The notes below the pieces were generated by a model. The model was not told where the DNA came from and searched no databases. It saw only the letters and a program-made list of their open reading frames with translations. From NCBI GenBank assembly GCA_963754315.1, contig CAVWFS010000005.1, forward strand, positions 160,001-224,000: a DNA stretch of 64,000 nucleotides. Reading direction: 5' to 3'. A program made the position numbers and the translations under genes. Below are positions 59,399 through 64,000 of this stretch, in pieces; the stretch's first letter is position 1, and each line of letters begins with the position of its first letter. Source of the DNA: an uncultured Candidatus Rokubacteria bacterium (GTDB taxonomy: Bacteria; Methylomirabilota; Methylomirabilia; Rokubacteriales; CSP1-6).

Positions 59399-61702
59399 AT
59401 GGCGATGAACATTCGACGCAACACGACAGAGAACCCAGGGCTGCCCATCGCCGTCATCGGCGCGGGACCGATCGGGCTGGCCGCCGCCGCACACCTTGCG
59501 TCCCGGGGCCTGCCCTTCGTTGTCCTCGAGGCTGGTCAGTCGGTCGGCGCCCATGTGAGCGCGTGGAGCCACGTGCAGGTCTTCTCCCCCTGGCGGTACA
59601 ACATCGATGCAGCGGCCGGAGCCATGCTCAAGGCAGCCGGCTGGAAGGAGCCGGATCGCGACGTGCTGCCCACTGGCGGCGAGCTAGTGGCGGAATACCT
59701 CCGCCCCCTCGGAGAGCTTCCCCAGATTGCTCCGCACGTGCGCCTGGGCACACGTGTCCTCGCCGTCGCTCGCGCCGGCTACGACAAGATGAAGACAGCA
59801 GGGCGCGACCAGGCGCCCTTCGAGCTGCGCGTCCACTCCTTCGCCGGTGAGGAGAGGCAGCTCGCGCGGGCCGTCATCGATGCGTCGGGCACGTATGCGG
59901 TCCCCAATCCGCTGGGCGCCAACGGCCTGCCTGCGATCGGCGAGTCAGAATCCGGCTCACGCGTGTTTTACGGAATCCCCGACGTTGGCGGGGTCCACCG
60001 TGGCCGCTATGCTCGGCGCGCTATCGTGGTCGTTGGCAGTGGGCACTCCGCGTTCAACACCTTGCTCGACCTGCACGATCTCGCCCTGGCCGAAGTGGGG
60101 ACAACGATCACCTGGGCCGTGCGTCGGAGCGACATCGGTGCGATGTACGGCGGCGGCGATGCCGACACGCTCCCGGCCCGAGGCAGCCTGGGCGCCCGCC
60201 TGCGCCAGCTCGTCGAGTCGGGGCGGCTGCGCCTGGTGACCGGCTTTCTGACACGCGAGCTCCGGCGTGACGCAAAGCGGGTGAGCCTTGTCGACACGCA
60301 AGGCCGGACGCTCGGCCCATTCGACGAGATCATCGCCGTGACGGGATTTCGACCGGACCTGGCCATGCTGGGCGAGCTGCGTCTTGATCTCGATCCCGCC
60401 GTGGAGAGTCCACGGGCGCTCGCGCCGCTGATCGATCCTAACGTCCACAGCTGTGGCACCGTACCGCCGCACGGTGTCGAGGAGCTGCGCCAGCCCGAGA
60501 CGAACTTCTTCGTGGTGGGGATGAAGAGCTACGGACGGGCGCCGACCTTTCTCATGCTCACCGGGTACGAGCAGGTGCGCTCGGTCGTGGCCGCCCTCGC
60601 CGGCGACTGGGAGTCGGCCCGGCGCATGGAGCTGACCTTGCCGCCCACAGGCGTGTGCTCATCGACGCCAATCGCCGGGACCCTGGCCACCGCATGCTGT
60701 GACACCACGGTGGCGGCGGAGGTCGCGACAGCCGCCGCCGCGACCGGCTGCTGTACGCCCTCTCCGGCGGACGACACGTCCGGCGCATGCTGTGCACCAG
60801 CTCCGGACGCGGCCGCAAGCGCATGCTGTGCCCCCGCACCAACACTCATCCCGAGCCTAGATCAGCCGAAAGCCAAGGAGACCACCATGGAACGGACGGA
60901 CGCGATCAAGGATGTCGTCAAGGCCAAGTACGGCGCCGCCGCCCTTCGCGTGGCAAGCGGAAGCACGTCCTGCTGCGGTGGCACCACCTCCCGCTCAACT
61001 GCGGATCCCATCACCTCCAACCTCTATGGTGAGGAGACAGCGGAGGTTCCGCCCGAGGCGCTCGCCGCCTCGCTCGGATGCGGCAATCCAACCGCGCTCG
61101 CCGAATTGCGGGCGGGCGAAGTGGTGCTGGATCTCGGCTCGGGCGGTGGCATCGACGTCTTGCTCTCCGCCAGGCGGGTCGGGCCCGAGGGCAAGGCGTA
61201 CGGGCTTGACATGACCGACGAGATGCTCGCTCTGGCGCGGGAGAACCAGCGCAAAGCGGGGGTCACCAACGTCGAGTTCCTCAAGGGGGAGATCGAGCAC
61301 ATGCCGCTGCCGAACGAAGCCGTGGACGTGATCATCTCCAACTGCGTGATCAACCTCTCGCCGGACAAGGACGCCGTCCTGGCCGAGGCCTTCCGGGTTC
61401 TGAAGCCCGGCGGCCGGGTGGCGGTTTCCGACGTGGTAGTCCGCGGAGAGGTGCCGGCCGCCGTGCGCAAGAGCGTCGAACTCTGGATCGGCTGTGTGGC
61501 CGGCGCCCTGGAGGAATCGGAGTACCGCGCGAAGCTGCAGAAGGCGGGCTTCGAGGCGATCGACATCGAGCCGACGCGCGTCTACAGCGGCGAGAGCGCG
61601 CGGGAGCGCTTGTCTGCCGCGGGGCTGGATGCCGAGACGATCGCGAGCGTGGAGGGCAGGTTCATCAGCGCGTTCATCCGCGCGCGCAAGCCACAGCCAT
61701 GA
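59399..61702 (+). CDS. arsM: FAD/NAD(P)-dependent flavoprotein in frame with arsenite methyltransferase through a Cys-Cys-rich linker; ArsM part has its own SD and ATG at 60887
   Basis: IGAGPIG, DASG, GSGHSA, TGFRP, HSCGTV, YGRAPTFL; then SLGCGNP, LDLGSGGG, SNCVINL, WIGCVAGA. Confidence 0.9.
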   Translation: MAMNIRRNTTENPGLPIAVIGAGPIGLAAAAHLASRGLPFVVLEAGQSVGAHVSAWSHVQVFSPWRYNIDAAAGAMLKAAGWKEPDRDVLPTGGELVAEYLRPLGELPQIAPHVRLGTRVLAVARAGYDKMKTAGRDQAPFELRVHSFAGEERQLARAVIDASGTYAVPNPLGANGLPAIGESESGSRVFYGIPDVGGVHRGRYARRAIVVVGSGHSAFNTLLDLHDLALAEVGTTITWAVRRSDIGAMYGGGDADTLPARGSLGARLRQLVESGRLRLVTGFLTRELRRDAKRVSLVDTQGRTLGPFDEIIAVTGFRPDLAMLGELRLDLDPAVESPRALAPLIDPNVHSCGTVPPHGVEELRQPETNFFVVGMKSYGRAPTFLMLTGYEQVRSVVAALAGDWESARRMELTLPPTGVCSSTPIAGTLATACCDTTVAAEVATAAAATGCCTPSPADDTSGACCAPAPDAAASACCAPAPTLIPSLDQPKAKETTMERTDAIKDVVKAKYGAAALRVASGSTSCCGGTTSRSTADPITSNLYGEETAEVPPEALAASLGCGNPTALAELRAGEVVLDLGSGGGIDVLLSARRVGPEGKAYGLDMTDEMLALARENQRKAGVTNVEFLKGEIEHMPLPNEAVDVIISNCVINLSPDKDAVLAEAFRVLKPGGRVAVSDVVVRGEVPAAVRKSVELWIGCVAGALEESEYRAKLQKAGFEAIDIEPTRVYSGESARERLSAAGLDAETIASVEGRFISAFIRARKPQP

Positions 61703-61754
61703 CGGGTGCCTGGGAAGGTCTAGCGTAGGGGGCCTTGGCGACGGCACCGACGCG

Positions 61755-62285
61755 ATGACCCGCCCCCCAATCACCACGCGGCTGGCGACGACGGCCGATG
61801 CCGCGCCCATCGCCGGGATCTACAACGAAGGCATCGCCGATCGCATCGCCACGTTCGAGACGGAGCCGCGAACGGCAGACCAGATCGCGGCGCAGCTGGT
61901 CGACAAGGGCGATCGGTTCCCGACCGTGGTCGCGGAGCGAGAAGGCCGAATCGTGGCCTGGGCCAGCGCGGGGCCATACCGGAATCGCCCCGCGTATGCC
62001 GGTGTGGCCGAGCACTCGGTCTACGTGGCCCGCGGCGACCGTGGCACCGGAGCTGGGCGGGCCGCCCTGGATGCACTCTGCCGCGCATACGACGAGCGCG
62101 GGTTCTGGAAGGTTGTCTCGCGCATCTTCCCCGAGAACACCGCGAGCCTCGCCCTCCATGAGCGCTGTGGGTTCCGTGTGGTTGGCGTTTATCGCCGCCA
62201 CGGCCAGCTGGACGGCACGTTGCGCGACTGCGTCATCGTCGAGAAGCTCCTCGGCGACGACTCCCAGACTCAGACGTCGGCCTGA
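61755..62285 (+). CDS. arsN: GNAT N-acetyltransferase, arsinothricin/phosphinothricin type (ArsN1-like)
   Basis: IYNEGIADRIATFET, SVYV, RIFPENTASLALH, GF; directly after arsM. Confidence 0.85.
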   Translation: MTRPPITTRLATTADAAPIAGIYNEGIADRIATFETEPRTADQIAAQLVDKGDRFPTVVAEREGRIVAWASAGPYRNRPAYAGVAEHSVYVARGDRGTGAGRAALDALCRAYDERGFWKVVSRIFPENTASLALHERCGFRVVGVYRRHGQLDGTLRDCVIVEKLLGDDSQTQTSA

Positions 62286-62301
62286 TGGCAACGCCGATGC
62301 C

Positions 62302-63558
62302 ATGACGTGGAACCGCGGCGTACTGGCGATGTGCGCGGCGCAAGCCTCTGCCCAAATCGGCGCTTTCAGCGTCGCGGCGCTCCTTCCAACCCTCATTCCT
62401 GCCTGGTCACTCACCAACACGGAGGCGGGTTGGATCGGAGGCATCTACTACGCCGCCTACACGCTGGTCGTACCCGTGCTCTCCTCCCTCGCCGATCGCG
62501 TGGATCCGAAGCGCATCTATCTTGTCTCCGTGGCACTGACCGCCGTCGCGTTCGCCGGATTCGCCTGGGCCGCCACAGGATTCTGGTCAGCTTTGGCGTT
62601 TCGCGCCCTGATGGGTGCCGGCTGGGCCGGCAGCTACATGCCGGGGCTCAAGGCGCTGAGTGACTGCGCCGAAGGTCCGCAGCTGTCGCGCGCCGTCGCT
62701 GCCCACGCCGCGGCGGTCGGCGTCAGCGGCGCCCTCTCGTTCGGCGTGGCCGGGGCGGTCAACGCGTGGCTCGGCTGGCAGTGGGCCCTCGTGCCGGGCG
62801 CTCTGGGAGCTGGTCTGGCATTCGTACTCGTGCTGGTCGGCCTGCCCGCTCAGCCTCCGCGCGCCTCAGCGGGGCAGCGCGGTGCACTGCTCGACTTTCG
62901 CCCGATCTTTCGCAACCGGTCGGCACTGGCCTACTCCGTCGCGTACGCCGTGCACACGTGGGAAATGTCGGCACTCAGGGCGTGGGTGGTCACGTTTCTC
63001 ACGTTTGCAGCCGCGCACAGCGCCGGCACATGGACACCCCTGGCGCCCGCAACCGTTGCCAGCATCATGGGGCTCCTCGGCGTATGGGCCAGCATATGGG
63101 GTAACGAGCTGGCCATCCGGTTCGGACGCCGCCGGTTCATTCTCAGCACGATGCTCGCCTCGGCCGCGATGGCCGGCATGGTCGGCTTCAGCGCAGCGCT
63201 CCCGTATGCCGTTGCGGCGGCGCTGGTGCTCGTCTACGCCATGCTGATCTGGTCGGATTCCTCTTCACTGACGGCGGGGAGTGCCGGCAGCGCCGAGCCT
63301 GGCCGCCGCGGCGCGACGCTGGCCGTCCATTCAACGCTTGGCTACGCGGGTGGCTTTCTGGGGCCGCTGGCGCTGGGCGCGACGCTCGACCTCGTCGGTG
63401 GCACAAGCGTAATCGGTTGGGGCATCGCGTTCGCCCATGTCACCGTCGCGGTGCTCGCCGGGTGGATCGCGTTCGTGTGGTTGCGGCCGGCCGACCTCGC
63501 CGGCGATCGCCCGGCGATCGTGCCGCCCTATGCGGCTGGCAACGCGCCACCGGCGTGA
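62302..63558 (+). CDS. MFS transporter
   Basis: About 12 TM segments; LADRVDPKR; 16 nt after arsN. Confidence 0.88.
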   Translation: MTWNRGVLAMCAAQASAQIGAFSVAALLPTLIPAWSLTNTEAGWIGGIYYAAYTLVVPVLSSLADRVDPKRIYLVSVALTAVAFAGFAWAATGFWSALAFRALMGAGWAGSYMPGLKALSDCAEGPQLSRAVAAHAAAVGVSGALSFGVAGAVNAWLGWQWALVPGALGAGLAFVLVLVGLPAQPPRASAGQRGALLDFRPIFRNRSALAYSVAYAVHTWEMSALRAWVVTFLTFAAAHSAGTWTPLAPATVASIMGLLGVWASIWGNELAIRFGRRRFILSTMLASAAMAGMVGFSAALPYAVAAALVLVYAMLIWSDSSSLTAGSAGSAEPGRRGATLAVHSTLGYAGGFLGPLALGATLDLVGGTSVIGWGIAFAHVTVAVLAGWIAFVWLRPADLAGDRPAIVPPYAAGNAPPA

Positions 63559-63692
63559 GGCGTACACGGGACCGGCAAAGGGAGTATTCTGAAGCTGCCT
63601 TCCACCGAGTCGCCTGGGTGACGCGCAGGGCGTCGGGCTCCTTGGCATGTGGCTTTGATTCTCACGGCCCAAGATCCAACGGAGCCGCCACC

Positions 63693-63962
63693 ATGCCCGA
63701 CGAGTCTGCCCTTCGAGAGAAAGCTCGAGAAGCAATCCGGAGCGGTAAGCTGCCGATGCGCCCGCCCGATCGGACGTGGGGAGGTCCAGGTGTCGGGATC
63801 CCGTGCACGGTCTGCGGCCTGCCCGTGACGAAGCAGCAGATGGCGATCGAGATTCAGTTCAGCTACGACGGCGCGAGCCCACGATTGGACAAGTTTGATG
63901 TCCACGTGCGGTGCTTCGCGGCGTGGGAGTTTGAGCGGGTCACGCTCGGGGGCGAGCGCTAA
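63693..63962 (+). CDS. Small hypothetical protein with a CxxC...HxxC Zn-binding motif
   Basis: WGGPG...CTVC...HVRCFAAW; SD GGAG. Confidence 0.75.
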   Translation: MPDESALREKAREAIRSGKLPMRPPDRTWGGPGVGIPCTVCGLPVTKQQMAIEIQFSYDGASPRLDKFDVHVRCFAAWEFERVTLGGER

Positions 63963-64000
63963 CCTGCCGACGATGTTGCCGCGGCCCTTCTGAGCCTCCT

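Noticed and set aside
60690..60840. Short DNA repeats (GCATGCTGTG three times) as a repeat array or CRISPR
   Set aside because: They encode the ACC motifs of the Cys-rich linker; spacing is irregular and no cas genes are present.
57745..61702. Arsinothricin biosynthesis cluster (arsM plus arsN)
   Set aside because: No radical SAM ArsL gene in the window.
1..64000. tRNA, rRNA, riboswitch, CRISPR array, IS element or integrase; the many long overlapping ORFs in the track
   Set aside because: No recognisable motifs by eye (an Infernal/Rfam scan would be needed to exclude small RNAs); long alternative-frame ORFs are expected at high GC.

Overview
GC-rich bacterial chromosomal segment, accessory and catabolic in character. 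A Rokubacteria/Methylomirabilota-like soil lineage is my guess from the gene families, not something the sequence proves. About 55 CDSs, with no rRNA, tRNA, CRISPR array or transposase seen. In order: a PIN toxin-antitoxin pair; a catabolic cluster (SDRs, amidase, 2OG-Fe(II) oxygenase, a GAF-SDR fusion, two family-5 ABC binding proteins, amidohydrolase); a PAC2-family protein; a Tat ferritin-like protein; frameshifted glgB; an orphan CoxL/xanthine-dehydrogenase-type Mo subunit; an NtaA-type monooxygenase; a signal-less 804-aa protein combining a Glu-specific-type serine protease, an acidic linker and a lysozyme-like domain; a class III CoA transferase; a selenocysteine NAD-linked formate dehydrogenase operon (in-frame UGA plus SECIS, split alpha subunit); a GT39/Ppm1 pair; an RRM gene divergent from small DNA-binding ORFs across an AT-rich palindrome; an extended chromate-resistance operon; a second vapBC; a patatin lipoprotein; an LVIVD surface protein; and an ars operon (arsR, arsC, aquaporin, flavoprotein in frame with ArsM, arsN, MFS) with two ArsR operators. 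Best candidates for undescribed biology are the protease/lysozyme-like protein, the organoarsenic module, the extra chr operon genes, the RRM/RHH module and two apparent AUC starts. Caveat: at least four genes carry +1 frameshifts, so uncorrected sequencing errors may be present and could also explain the ArsM fusion.
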